Positions 29,534 through 37,973 of a stretch of 64,000 nt of DNA are shown here, piece after piece. The first letter of the stretch is position 1; each line of letters opens with the position of its first letter. The DNA is taken from NCBI RefSeq assembly GCF_035594765.1, contig NW_026943826.1, positions 12,441,325 to 12,505,324 of the forward strand, read 5' to 3'. The position numbers were made by a program, and so were the translations under genes. The DNA comes from Anolis carolinensis. Lineage: Eukaryota. Below the pieces are notes generated by a model. The model was not told the DNA's origin and ran no database searches. It saw only the letters and a program-made list of their open reading frames with translations.

Positions 29534-30286
29534 TCACAGCAGACACTGCTGGCTGTTGTATTATTGTTATTATTGTTATTGTTATTATTATTATTATTAT
29601 TACCTTATCTCCTACTTGATAGATGCAACTTTCTTTCGGGTTGCTAGGTCAGCAACGAGCAGGGGCTATTTTTTATTTTTAATTGACGGGTGCTCACCCC
29701 GCCACGGGCTGGCCTCGAACTCATGACCTCATGGTCAGAGTGATTTATTGCAGCAGGCTGCTCACCAGCCTGTGCCACAGCCCGGCCCCAATATAATAAT
29801 AGTCCAACCTGAGAGCTTCTCAGAACCTCCAGAGGAGGGGTGACGGATCCCCGGATGCTAACCTTGCCCGCTTTCCCTCTTCCCGGCAGGAGCAGCACCC
29901 TGCACTTCTCCTTCCTGAACCTGGACAAGCACCGGGAGTGGCTGGAGACGGTGCTGGAGTTCGCCCAGGACGCGGCCCCCATCCCCAACCAGTACGACAA
30001 GCACTTCCTGGAGCGGGACTACGCCGGCCACGTCCTGGCCCTCAACGGACACAAGAAGTACTTCTGCCTCTTCAAGCCCTGCCGCGGGGGGGAGGAGACC
30101 GGCCCCGAGGCCCGGCCCAGCGAGGACGAGCAGCCCCCCGACCGGGGCAAGGCCTCCTCCGCATCCTCCAGCCCACAGGCCCGGCTGGCCAAGCGGAAAC
30201 TCAACCGGCTCGCCTTGTGGATGGAGCGGCTCTTGGAGGGCTCCTTGCAGAGGTTCTACCTCCCTTCCTGGCCGGCGCTAGACTGA
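2604..30286 (+). CDS. DNAJC16: DnaJ homolog subfamily C member 16 (ERdj8), 5'-partial spliced gene; join(2604-2670,6978-7329,11700-11884,12894-12998,13941-14099,19115-19429,24132-24314,24524-24600,26536-26616,27721-27816,27919-28086,29890-30286)
   Basis: J-domain HPD motif ([30 protein letters not shown]), thioredoxin-like WCFSC, TM segment REMMPLLSLIFSALFILFGTVIVQAF, C-terminus WMERLLEGSLQRFYLPSWPALD*. All introns are GT-AG and phases are consistent. The first coding exon lies upstream of the window. Confidence 0.95.
2911..5154. repeat. 171/173-bp tandem satellite, ~13 copies
   Basis: Unit starts at 2911, 3082, 3255, 3426, 3599, 3772, then every 173 bp to 4983. Confidence 0.95.
5192..6071 (+). 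mobile_element. Non-autonomous Helitron (with an L1-like insertion inside)
   Basis: A|TC 5' end (TCTATATATATAAAAGAGTGATGGCATCAC), subterminal hairpin, CTAG|T 3' end, no TSD. Confidence 0.8.
5582..5950 (+). mobile_element. 5'-truncated L1-like retroposon 3' end
   Basis: Ends in AATAAA plus an A-rich tail; flanked by AAAAAAGAT duplication; empty site visible at ~6741-6760. Confidence 0.55.
6249..6289 (-). ncRNA. Mirror copy of the minimal hammerhead motif
   Basis: Exact reverse complement of 6308-6348 within a perfect palindrome. Confidence 0.72.
6308..6348 (+). ncRNA. Minimal type I hammerhead ribozyme motif (Penelope-type)
   Basis: CCT-CTGAGGA-T-GCCTGC-catagat-GTGGGC-GAAA-C-GTC-AGG: core CUGANGA/GAAA/GUC, stem II GCCUGC:GUGGGC, stem I CCU:AGG, vestigial stem III. 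Confidence 0.75.
6978..7329 (+). CDS. DNAJC16: DNAJC16 exon (end of J-domain to WCFSC)
   Basis: cag|ATC CTG TCC...GCC CTC G|gtaaga; overlaps ORF 7026..7403. Confidence 0.93.
7692..8005. mobile_element. Tc1/mariner-type MITE
   Basis: Same TIRs, TA TSD. Confidence 0.85.
9083..9416 (+). mobile_element. Non-autonomous Helitron
   Basis: TC...hairpin...CTAG between A and T. Confidence 0.8.
10828..11551 (-). mobile_element. R4/Dong-clade non-LTR retrotransposon, 5'-truncated
   Basis: CRLC...H..SCC zinc knuckle, RHN, WD, PDI..., IDVAIP, EK restriction-like endonuclease motifs; inserted in (TAA)n. Confidence 0.8.
11700..11884 (+). CDS. DNAJC16: DNAJC16 exon (GVGIGVVHAGYERRLAHHLG...)
   Basis: cag|GG GTG...GAG AAG|gtgagc; 185 bp. 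Confidence 0.93.
12213..12534. mobile_element. Tc1/mariner-type MITE
   Basis: Same TIRs, TA flanks. Confidence 0.85.
12894..12998 (+). CDS. DNAJC16: DNAJC16 exon (ITDKNYAQFLSNW...LLYK)
   Basis: aag|ATC...TAC AAG|gtgagg; 105 bp. Confidence 0.9.
13472..13881 (-). mobile_element. R4/Dong-clade fragment
   Basis: Same RLE C-terminus and 3' UTR; (TTA)n flanks. Confidence 0.78.
13941..14099 (+). CDS. DNAJC16: DNAJC16 exon (LTAFAYREHLSFGYV...DVIQ)
   Basis: cag|CTG...ATC CAG|gtcaga; 159 bp. Confidence 0.92.
15230..18950. repeat. 166-bp tandem array, ~22 near-identical copies, CR1 3'-end derived
   Basis: 166-bp periodicity in the ORF track (15301, 15467, 15633...); unit matches the CR1-tail motifs scattered through the window. 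Confidence 0.95.
19115..19429 (+). CDS. DNAJC16: DNAJC16 exon (ARPMKKQLMDDF...GKSA)
   Basis: cag|GCG...TCG GCG|gtgagt; 315 bp, open frame. Confidence 0.92.
20847..21158. mobile_element. Tc1/mariner-type MITE, right TIR truncated
   Basis: Left TIR and body match the family. Confidence 0.8.
21687..22021 (-). mobile_element. Non-autonomous Helitron
   Basis: Reverse-complement copy of the family. Confidence 0.8.
22030..22960. repeat. AT-rich ~170-180-bp tandem repeat
   Basis: About 5 copies of ...ggtggtatagtacaatatagtaatacataatgcttatattgtgct... Confidence 0.85.
23160..24100 (+). repeat. ~210-bp tandem repeat of an L2 3' tail plus (TTA)n
   Basis: ORF repeats at 23323, 23532, 23747. Confidence 0.85.
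24132..24314 (+). CDS. DNAJC16: DNAJC16 exon (VVILERL...DELAP)
   Basis: cag|GTG...GCC CCC|gtgagt; 183 bp. Confidence 0.92.
24524..24600 (+). CDS. DNAJC16: DNAJC16 exon (VFFLRW...HSNW)
   Basis: tag|GTT...AAC TG|gtgagc; 77 bp. Confidence 0.9.
24725..25440. mobile_element. hAT-type non-autonomous transposon with nested CR1/Dong fragments
   Basis: TIR CAGGGGTCCCCAAACT / AGTTTGGGGACCCCTG; 8-bp TSD CTCTAGGA (24717-24724 and 25441-25448). Confidence 0.85.
26536..26616 (+). CDS. DNAJC16: DNAJC16 exon (transmembrane segment)
   Basis: cag|G CGA GAA ATG...TTC AG|gtaaga; 81 bp. Confidence 0.92.
26677..27690 (-). mobile_element. R4/Dong-clade fragments (split by microsatellite-rich sequence)
   Basis: ORFs 27045..27650 and 27277..27546 carry RLE motifs with frameshifts. 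Confidence 0.75.
27721..27816 (+). CDS. DNAJC16: DNAJC16 exon (DSSDKRDS...KES)
   Basis: cag|C GAC...AGC AG|gtctct (weak donor); 96 bp, keeps phase. Confidence 0.8.
27919..28086 (+). CDS. DNAJC16: DNAJC16 exon (VPKKGFVEVTELTD...YTFTG)
   Basis: cag|G GTG...ACC GG|gtgcgt; 168 bp. Confidence 0.9.
29601..29789 (-). mobile_element. tRNA-derived (Sauria-like) SINE
   Basis: On the minus strand, A-box-like TGGCACAGGCTGG and B box GAGTTCGAGGC; a partial copy lies at ~20500-20588. Confidence 0.65.
29890..30286 (+). CDS. DNAJC16: DNAJC16 last coding exon
   Basis: cag|G AGC AGC ACC CTG CAC...GAC TGA; overlaps ORF 29840..30286. Confidence 0.93.
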
Positions 30287-30294
30287 CAAATCGA

Positions 30295-30890
30295 TCGGAC
30301 CACTCTATCGTCGGACTTACGAACAAAGGAATATTCGCTCTCGTTGCATCCCAGTTTTTGTCCTGTCAAAAAAGGGGAGGCAACTTTTGAGATTGTGCTA
30401 TCGTCGGACTTACGAATGAAAGGATATTCGCTCTTGTCATGTCCGGATTTTCGGCCTGTCGAAAAATCGGAGGCAGGTTTTGAGACCACGCTATCGTCGG
30501 ACTTACGAACAAAGGAATATTCGTTCTCGCTACATCCCATTTTTTGTCCTGTCGAAAAACGGGCGGTAGCATTTTAGACCACACTATCGTCGGACTTACG
30601 AATGAAAGAATATTCGCTCTTGTCGTGTCCGGATTTTTGTCCTGTCAAAAAAGCGGAGGCTGCTTTTTAGACCGCGCGATCGTCGGACTTACGAATGAAA
30701 GGATATTCGTTCTCGCTACATCCCAATTTTTGTCCTGTCGAAAAACCTCACTATCGTCGGACTTACGAATGAAAGAATATTCGTTCTCGCTACATCCTAT
30801 TTTTTGTCCTGTCGAAAAATGGGTGGTAGCTTTTTAGACCACGCTATTGTCAGACCGACGAGCAAAGGGATATTCGCTCTCGTCACATCC
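30295..30890. repeat. CpG-rich ~75-95-bp tandem repeat in the DNAJC16 3' UTR
   Basis: About 7 copies of ctatcgtcggacttacgaa(t/c)(g/a)aag(g/a)atattcg. Confidence 0.85.
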
Positions 30891-31946
30891 TGCCATCTTC
30901 GTGTTGTTGTTTTTCTCGGGTGTTTTTCTAACCCTCGTTGCTTCTACCGCGCAATATTTTTGGGTGGATTTTCGTTCCGTCCTCCTTTCTTCTGTTTTTC
31001 TCGGGAGTTTGGGTGTCTCTTTCCTCGCATGAAAAACCAACCCATTTCTCGATGTAATAGACGTAGCGAAGGACCTCCTTCGGTGGATTTACGAGGCCGA
31101 AATCCCTCCCGCGAATGCAATAAATCCACGTTTTTTGCAGGAAGCCCGAGCCAACGAAACTCTCCCATCGACGAGCTAGTGAAATGTGTGCCGTCCTCTT
31201 GTTTTCCTTCTATTTTGGAGCCATACAAAGCTGCTACGAGCCAATTGAAAGAAGAATAAAAGCTTTTTAAAATTATCCTTAACCATTATGGATCTTTTGG
31301 ACAGCAATGAGCCGAAAGGCATGATTTTCCTCTCGACGATTTTTTTTCCCCGTCTGAATGTAAGCCTTTTATTTTTTATTATTTTTATTTTTGGAAGATG
31401 TCGGTTTGTTTAGAAAACTGCGAGGCTGCCTTATTGCTATCTGCCCTGCCATTCCCTATAATCAATATAATATTTTTCCAGTGGCATCCCAGAGGGCCAC
31501 TTCACCCCCACATACATACATATATTGACTTTTATATGTGTAGATAATAAGATATATATATATATATATATATCTAATCTATACATCCTAATCTTTCATA
31601 GGGTTGTCAAGGCAGAACCACTGGGAGTTGTAGTCCCGCTGAGTAATAATAGTAAGGATTGCGAGCTCAGAGTGAACACTATACAATAGATAATGCGTTT
31701 AGATTTATCATTGAAGGATATGCAAAGATGTTGAAATGTTTGATTGACAGCGTATACATTTTGGCATTTCGATCGAACCCATCCGGAACATTTCTCACCC
31801 AAACCGGAACCAAGTAAAGAATGGGATCTCGGTACGTATGTGTATCTGTATATGCCGTTCGGTTCTCGCAACGTCCTTCTGATCCTTTGGTCAGTTTAGA
31901 AAGAGCGCCGGATATTTTGCACTTTTTGATACTCTTGTTGGGATGG

Positions 31947-31961
31947 AATAAATAATTTATT
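31947..31961. terminator. Back-to-back poly(A) signals between convergent DNAJC16 and AGMAT
   Basis: AATAAA-TAA-TTTATT; further candidates at 31255 and 32057 (+) and 31973 (-). Confidence 0.45.
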
Positions 31962-32098
31962 GGACAAGATTCTTTATTTTGCATTTGTAAACAAGTACTG
32001 ATTCTAGTATTTTTTTTGTTTCGCTTCGAAGGCGTGCGGATCGGCAAAAATAGGAAAATAAACTTGTGTCAACGCGCGACCCAACTGTGTGGTTTGTG

Positions 32099-32145
<47 letters not shown>

Positions 32146-32501
32146 AAATATATTATCCTGTATTTTTCTTAGGGGGGAAATCTTGTTTTTTTGTAGCCGG
32201 AGCGAGTTGTAAGAGAGGTGAGTCTTTGGTCAGCTTCTTGGCGATACTTCTGTGTCCTAGTTCGGCATAATTTTCAGCATCGAAACTATGAGAATCAGGG
32301 TTCGAATCCCTGCTCGGCTTTGGGTAAGTCACCCTCTCTCCGTCTCGGAGGGAAGCAAGCCTTTTCTGAGTAAACTTCACCAAGGAAATCCCACAATAGC
32401 TTTGCCGTTGGTTGGGAACGACTCAAACGAGGACACACAGCAAAGGATCGAGCCCGAATCCATGGATTTTTCACCGAATCACTTCCGCCTAGGATAGACA
32501 T

Positions 32502-32575
32502 TTACGCCGACTTCACTTGTGGGAGAGAGCAGAGCATTTCGAAGAGCAGGTTGGCTCCCAGAAGGGCTGTGTTAC
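32502..32575 (-). CDS. AGMAT: AGMAT last exon ([24 protein letters not shown])
   Basis: cag|GT AAC...GCG TAA; 74 bp. Confidence 0.92.
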
Positions 32576-35500
32576 CTGTTGAAGAAAAGATAGGAAACCA
32601 TATTGTCAGCGTATATAAAGAAATACGAAGATAGGAAACCATAAAGAAATACGAAGATAGGAAACCATATCGTCAGCGTATATAAAGAAATACGAAGATA
32701 GGAAACCATAAAGAAATACGAAGATAGGGAACCATATCATCAGAGTATATAAAGAAATACGAAAATAGGAAACCATATCGTCAGCGTATATAAAGAAATA
32801 CGAAGATAGGAAACCATAAAGAAATACGAAGATAGGGAACCATATCATCAGAGTATATAAAGAAATACAAAGATAGGAAACCATATCGTCAGCATATATA
32901 AAGAAATACGAAGATAGGAAACCATAAAGAAATACGAAGATAGGAAACCATATCGTCAGCGTATATAAAGAAATACGAAGATAGGGAACCATATCGTCAG
33001 CGTATATAAGGAAATACGGGCACTATCTTTATCGGGAATCTCACCAAGAGCTTATGTCATGGCCGTGGCATAACTTCCCGAGCCTTTACATATCCCCAAG
33101 ATGATAAAAATAATTATAGAAGAGTGTGATAAGGTGAATTTTCGGGAATTTTTTGAAACTTGGGTCCCGGTCGTCTAGACTGGGATGTGGAGCTCGTAAC
33201 GACGTCGGACTCAGAAAAGTGGGAAGTGCCGAAATCGTACCTCGAAATCATTGCAACGACAGCAAAAGGAGGATTCGGGGATACTGAAGTTCACAGAGGT
33301 GACAGATATATATCTATTTGCTCACCCGAAGCGTCATAGACGGGGGCCACTTCGACCAGGTCCCCTCCCACGATGTTGAGTCCTCGGCAGCCGCGCAAGA
33401 TCTCCAGGGCCTTTGTGAAAGCGAGAGAAGGCACAAACTACTCCAGAAGCCTGCTTATATTTCTGGGCTTCTTCCCGGGCTTCCCGTGCCTGCTTCCCAA
33501 GTTTCCTGGGCCTGCTTCCCAGGACTCCTTCCCAGGCTTCCCGGGCCTTCTTCCCAGGCTTCCGGGGCCTCCTTCCCGGGCTTCCTGGGCCTTCTTCCCA
33601 GGCTTCCCGGGCCTCCTTCCCGGGCTTCCTGGGCCTCCTTCCCAGGCTTCCCGGGCCTTCTTCCCAGGTTTCCTGGGCCTTCTTCCCAGGCTTCCTGGGC
33701 CTCCTTCCCAGGACTCCTTCCCAGGCTTCCCGGGCCTCCTTCCCGGGCTTCCTGGGCCTGCTTCTCAGGACTCCTTCCCAGGCTTCCCGGGTCTTCTTCC
33801 AAGGCTTCCCGGGCCTCCTTCCCATGTTTCCTGGGCCTCCTTCCCAGGACTGCTTCCTGGGCCTCCTTCCCAGGCTTCCCGGACCTCCTTCCTGGGCTTC
33901 CTGGGCCTTCCCTGACCCAGCCATAGACTCAGAAGGGCCCCTCCAAAGGTCATCCAGTCTGACCCATCTCAAGGAGGGCACAGTATTTCTGGGTCTCCGG
34001 AGTCGTTGTCACCCGTAAACCTTGGCGAGCGTTTTGCGGCTCCTTACCTGCGCCGGGGTGAGTCCCGCGATCTCGGGGGTCCCCGTTCCCGGGGCATAAG
34101 CCGGGTCGATGCCGTCGATGTCGAAGCTGATGTAGAGGGGCTTGCGACCCATCTGTTCCTGCACCTCCGTCATCAGCGGGGCCAGAGACTTCCCCCAGCA
34201 GTCCTCCGCGAGCACCACCCGGAAGCCCTGCCAAGAAGGAAAGGATACATGATATTTACAATACTACTATTAGATCTAAAGGACGCTTTGCTTCTTCTCC
34301 GGGCCGTATAGTCCGGAAACCAGACAATAACACCCCAGCGATTCCGTCCGCTCGACTATACAGAAGTGGAATCACGGGATGGCAAAACTCGTGTGTCACC
34401 TGCTCCCGGCAGAACTTGTAGGGGTCGGGCGAGTAGGAGGAGCCCCGGATGCCGATCTGCACGACCCGCCGGCAGTCCAGGAGACCCTCGTCGACGCAGC
34501 GCCGGAAGGGGGTCCCGTGGTAGAGCTTCTCTCCGAGGGCCTGGTCCCCGGTGTCAGTGTGGGCATCCACGTGCACCAAACCCACGGGGCCGTACTTTTC
34601 CGCCACCGCCTGCAGGATGGGGTAGGTGATCGTGTGGTCTCCTCCTGCAGGAAAACAAGGAGGTCAAAACAGGCAGCAAAAGGGGGTCCCGGACCTTCTT
34701 TCTGGGATTCCCAAGCCTTTTTTCCAGGTTTCCTGGGATTCCCTGGCCTTCTTTCCAGGCTTCCTTGGCCGTTTTTCCGGGTTTCCTGGGATTACTGGGC
34801 CTTCTTTTCGGGTTTCCCAGGCCGCTTTTCTGGGATTCTTGGGATTCCCTGGCCTTCTTTCCAGGATTCCCTGGCCTTCTTTCCGGGCTTCCTGGGTCTT
34901 CTTTCCGGGTTTCCTGGGATTCCTGGGCCTTCTTTCCAGGATTCCCTGGGATTCCTGGGTCTTCTTTCCGGGCTTCCCAGGCCTCCCAGGCCTTCTTTCT
35001 GGGATTCCCAAGATTCCCTGGCCTTCTTTCCGGGATTCCTGGGCCTTCTTTCCAGGTTTCCTGGGATTTCTGGGCCTTCTTTCCGGGTTTCCTGGGATTC
35101 CTGGGCCTTCTTTCCGGTCTTTCAGGGATTCCCGGGACTTTTTTCATGGCTTCCCAGGCTTCCTGGGTCTTCTGTTGGGCTTTCTGGGCCTTCTTTCTGG
35201 GCTTCCCATGCCTTCCCCGGCCCAGCCGTAGAGTCGCCCCCCCCCAAAGGTCTGACCTGTATCAAGGAGGGCACAATCCAGACCCTCCTGACAGATGGCC
35301 ATCCGACTTTTATTTACCAGGAGATCCCATTGGGCACCATGTCCCAGACTAGATGTTCCAAAACCAGATGAAGGCCCTATACGTTACCCAGCGCCAGAGG
35401 CACGCAGCCCCCGGCCACGACCCTCCGGAAGGCCTCCCGGATCCGCCTGCAGCTGTCCGCCAGGTTGTACAAGTTGACGTTGACGTCCCCAATGTCGGCG

Positions 35501-35978
35501 ACACGGAGGGAATGGTACGGATCCGCCCCGGTGCTTGGGTTGAACCGCCGCAACATCCCCGATTCGGCCCGTATTTCACGGGGCCCGAACCTGGAAAGGG
35601 ATCAAGCTATTATTATTGGGACCCCCAAAGGACATCCAGTCTAACCCAACCCCTCCCTGCCACCCCACCCGATCCCTCCCGACAGATGACTGTCCTCCTT
35701 GCGCACCTGGCTCCGGGTCGGTTGGAGGTTCCGGTGTCCAGCGGGACCCCGACGAAGGCAGCGTCCAGCCCGTCGGCTGAGCTCTGGACGGGGAGCTTGA
35801 GCATGGAGCAGACCCCCACCGGACGGGCCTGGGTCTCCGCACTGGGGGGCACGTTGAAGCCGCTCCCCGAGGCTGAGCGCCGGAGGGTTTCAGAGGAGCC
35901 GGACCCGGTCCTGAGCCCGGTCAGGAGCCGCCGGAGGGTCCGGGGCCCCGGAGGAAGCAAAGCCTGCATCCTCCCCAT
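32502..35978 (-). CDS. AGMAT: Agmatinase-family mitochondrial ureohydrolase (guanidino acid hydrolase); complement join(35707-35978,35388-35590,34400-34644,34048-34227,33326-33410,32502-32575), 352 aa (349 aa if the ATG at 35969 is used)
   Basis: Ureohydrolase Mn-binding motifs [19 protein letters not shown], plus GDLVEV and [18 protein letters not shown]. Arg-rich N-terminal presequence. GT-AG introns in frame. Confidence 0.95.
32586..33018. repeat. Minisatellite (41/24-bp units) in the last AGMAT intron
   Basis: aaagaaatacgaagataggaaaccat(atcgtcagcgtatat). Confidence 0.9.
33326..33410 (-). CDS. AGMAT: AGMAT exon 5 (ALEILRGC...YDAS)
   Basis: aag|GCC...TCG G|gtgagc; 85 bp. Confidence 0.9.
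33460..33912. repeat. GC-rich ~22-bp minisatellite (ccttcttcccaggcttcccggg)
   Basis: Intronic; a related array lies at 34690-35220. Confidence 0.9.
34048..34227 (-). CDS. AGMAT: AGMAT exon 4 (GFRVV...SFDIDGID...PAQ)
   Basis: cag|GGC...CAG|gtaagg; 180 bp. Confidence 0.93.
34400..34644 (-). CDS. AGMAT: AGMAT exon 3 (GGDH...DAHTD...REQ)
   Basis: cag|GA GGA GAC CAC...GAG CAG|gtgaca; 245 bp. Confidence 0.92.
34690..35220. repeat. GC-rich minisatellite (ccttctttccgggtttcctgggatt)
   Basis: Intronic tandem units. Confidence 0.88.
35388..35590 (-). CDS. AGMAT: AGMAT exon 2
   Basis: cag|G TTC GGG CCC...CTG G|gtaacg; 203 bp. Confidence 0.92.
35707..35978 (-). CDS. AGMAT: AGMAT exon 1
   Basis: [10 protein letters not shown]...RPGAR; donor AG|gtgcgc; start ATG is ambiguous (35978 or 35969). 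Confidence 0.88.
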
Positions 35979-36063
35979 GCGTTCGGACCCGACGGGGCTG
36001 CTCGTTGGCAGCTTGACAAAGCAAACCAAAGGCTCAAAGGTTGTCGCGGAAAACACTGCGGAG

Positions 36064-36635
36064 GAGGCGTCACTGCCGTGAGTTTAGCAAGTCATTAGAT
36101 ATATATATATAGATAGTTAATTATAATATAATATATATATGGCGGCATCGCTACAATGAGTTTAGTAAGATTATATATGTGTGTGTGTGTATGCATATAT
36201 ATATATTTATTTATAAAATAATATAATAATTATATATATGGTGGCGTCACTACAATGAGTTTAGTAAGATTATATATGTGTGTGTATGTATGTGTATGTG
36301 TGTGTGTATATATATGTATATATAAAATAATATAATAATTATAATATATATATGGTGGCGTCACTACCATGAGTTTAATAAGTCTTTATATATGTGTGTG
36401 TATGTGTGTATATATGTATAATAATTATATATATGGTGGCATCACTACAATGAGTTAATAAGTCATTATACATATGTGTGTATGCATATATATATAAAAT
36501 ATAATAATTATAATATATATGGCGGCGTCACTACAATGAGTTTACTAAGTCATATATATGTGTGTGTGTATATATATATAATATATATATATATGGTGGC
36601 GTCACTACAATGAGTTTAGTAAGTCATTATATATA

Positions 36636-36673
<38 letters not shown>

Positions 36674-36815
36674 ATATAATAATTCTAATATAATATCTAT
36701 ATGGCAGCGCCACTACAATGAATTTAATAAGTCATATATATATGTGTGTGTGTGTATATAATTATAATATAATATGTATATGGCGGCGTCACTACAATAA
36801 TAGGAGTTCAGTAAG

Positions 36816-36860
<45 letters not shown>

Positions 36861-36890
36861 GGCATCACTACAATGAGTTTAATAAGTAAT
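36064..36890. repeat. Tandem repeat upstream of AGMAT (atggcggcgtcactacaatgagtttagtaag + (TA)/(TG)n)
   Basis: About 10 copies. Confidence 0.85.
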
Positions 36891-37144
36891 TGTGTGTGTG
36901 TATATATATATATATATTTCATTGAAAGGCATCTAGGGGTCTTCATAGACCGTGAACGTGAGCCAAGAGTGTCATGCAGCAGCGCAAAAGGCCAATACCA
37001 ATCTAATTTGCATTCATAAGAATATATAGTGTCAAAGGTGGGAAGTTGCAATCCCACTTGGTTCTGCTTTTCACCTGGAATAAGACTTTCTGTGCTTTAG
37101 AAAGAAAAACAAAACATTCCCAGTGTTTAATGGAACACAAACTC

Positions 37145-37150
37145 TTTATT
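37145..37150 (-). terminator. Probable PINK1 poly(A) signal
   Basis: AATAAA on the minus strand ~570 nt after the stop, followed by a GT/T-rich tract. Confidence 0.55.
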
Positions 37151-37715
37151 GCCTTTAATCATTAACACTCCCAATCAGAAAAAAATAAAACTCTCACCAA
37201 AAGTTGGCCGACAACATTCACCGCAGGCTAAAGATTAACAACCCAAGTCAACTCTTTCAATATTATATATCTACGTAAGCCTTTGTTGATTCTTTCAGAG
37301 GCATAACATTATGCAGGATCGCTTTGGATCAGATTGGTTTTCAAGTCAAGTCAAGCGAAACCAGGTTAAGATTCTCACGCGTGGTCGGCTTCTTTACCGG
37401 AAAAGAAGAAAAAAATTAAAACCCTAAATAAAGAAAATAAATAGGGGAAATACACAGAGAAAGTAGGGGAAATTTATGGGGGGAAATAATAATTTTAAAA
37501 AGGGAAATATAGTAAATATTTCTATTTCTATTAGAACATAGTAGTAAATAAAGTGCTTCTGTAATGATGGATATGACCATCATTGTTGGCTAGGAACTAT
37601 TATGTTTCCGGACCTCCCTCCGCCCTCTTTGCACCTCCAAAAACCACAACTTATTTCAGTCTTGCAAAAAGAAGAGGCTGAGATTGTGTGAATGAAGCCC
37701 AAGGGTTTGTTTTTT

Positions 37716-37973
37716 TTACTGGGTTCCCCCCGTCCAGGCCCGGAGCAGGGTGGCCGCTTGGCAGAGCTCGTCGCAGTCCAGTTGGGAGAGGAAGCAGGCC
37801 TGCAGGCGGGACTCCACCACGGCCGTTCTCCCGGACAGCAACGTGGTGGCCGAGAGGCGGAGCAGCCAGCCCACCAGCGCCCCCAGGACTAGGCCCTCGC
37901 CTTCGTCCACTAGCAGGTCCCGGCCCCACAGGCTCAAGTGCAGGACGTTGGCCGCCAGCCGGGCCCCCAGCCT
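37716..37973 (-). CDS. PINK1: PINK1 exon 8 (coding part)
   Basis: cag|AGG CTG GGG GCC CGG...CAG TAA; [13 protein letters not shown]. Confidence 0.92.
   Translation of the reverse strand, partial: RLGARLAANVLHLSLWGRDLLVDEGEGLVLGALVGWLLRLSATTLLSGRTAVVESRLQACFLSQLDCDELCQAATLLRAWTGGTQ

Noticed and set aside
29601-29789. Pol III A/B boxes suggesting a tRNA gene
   Set aside because: No cloverleaf; it continues into a SINE body and a partial copy exists at ~20500.
33318-35371. Long Gly/Pro/Phe-rich, collagen-like ORFs (200-330 aa) on both strands
   Set aside because: They are translations of stop-poor GC-rich minisatellites within AGMAT introns and are open in several frames at once.
36060-37700. 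Search for DDOST exons between PINK1 and AGMAT
   Set aside because: No recognisable coding exons; only 3' UTR-like sequence, a CR1 fragment and tandem repeats.
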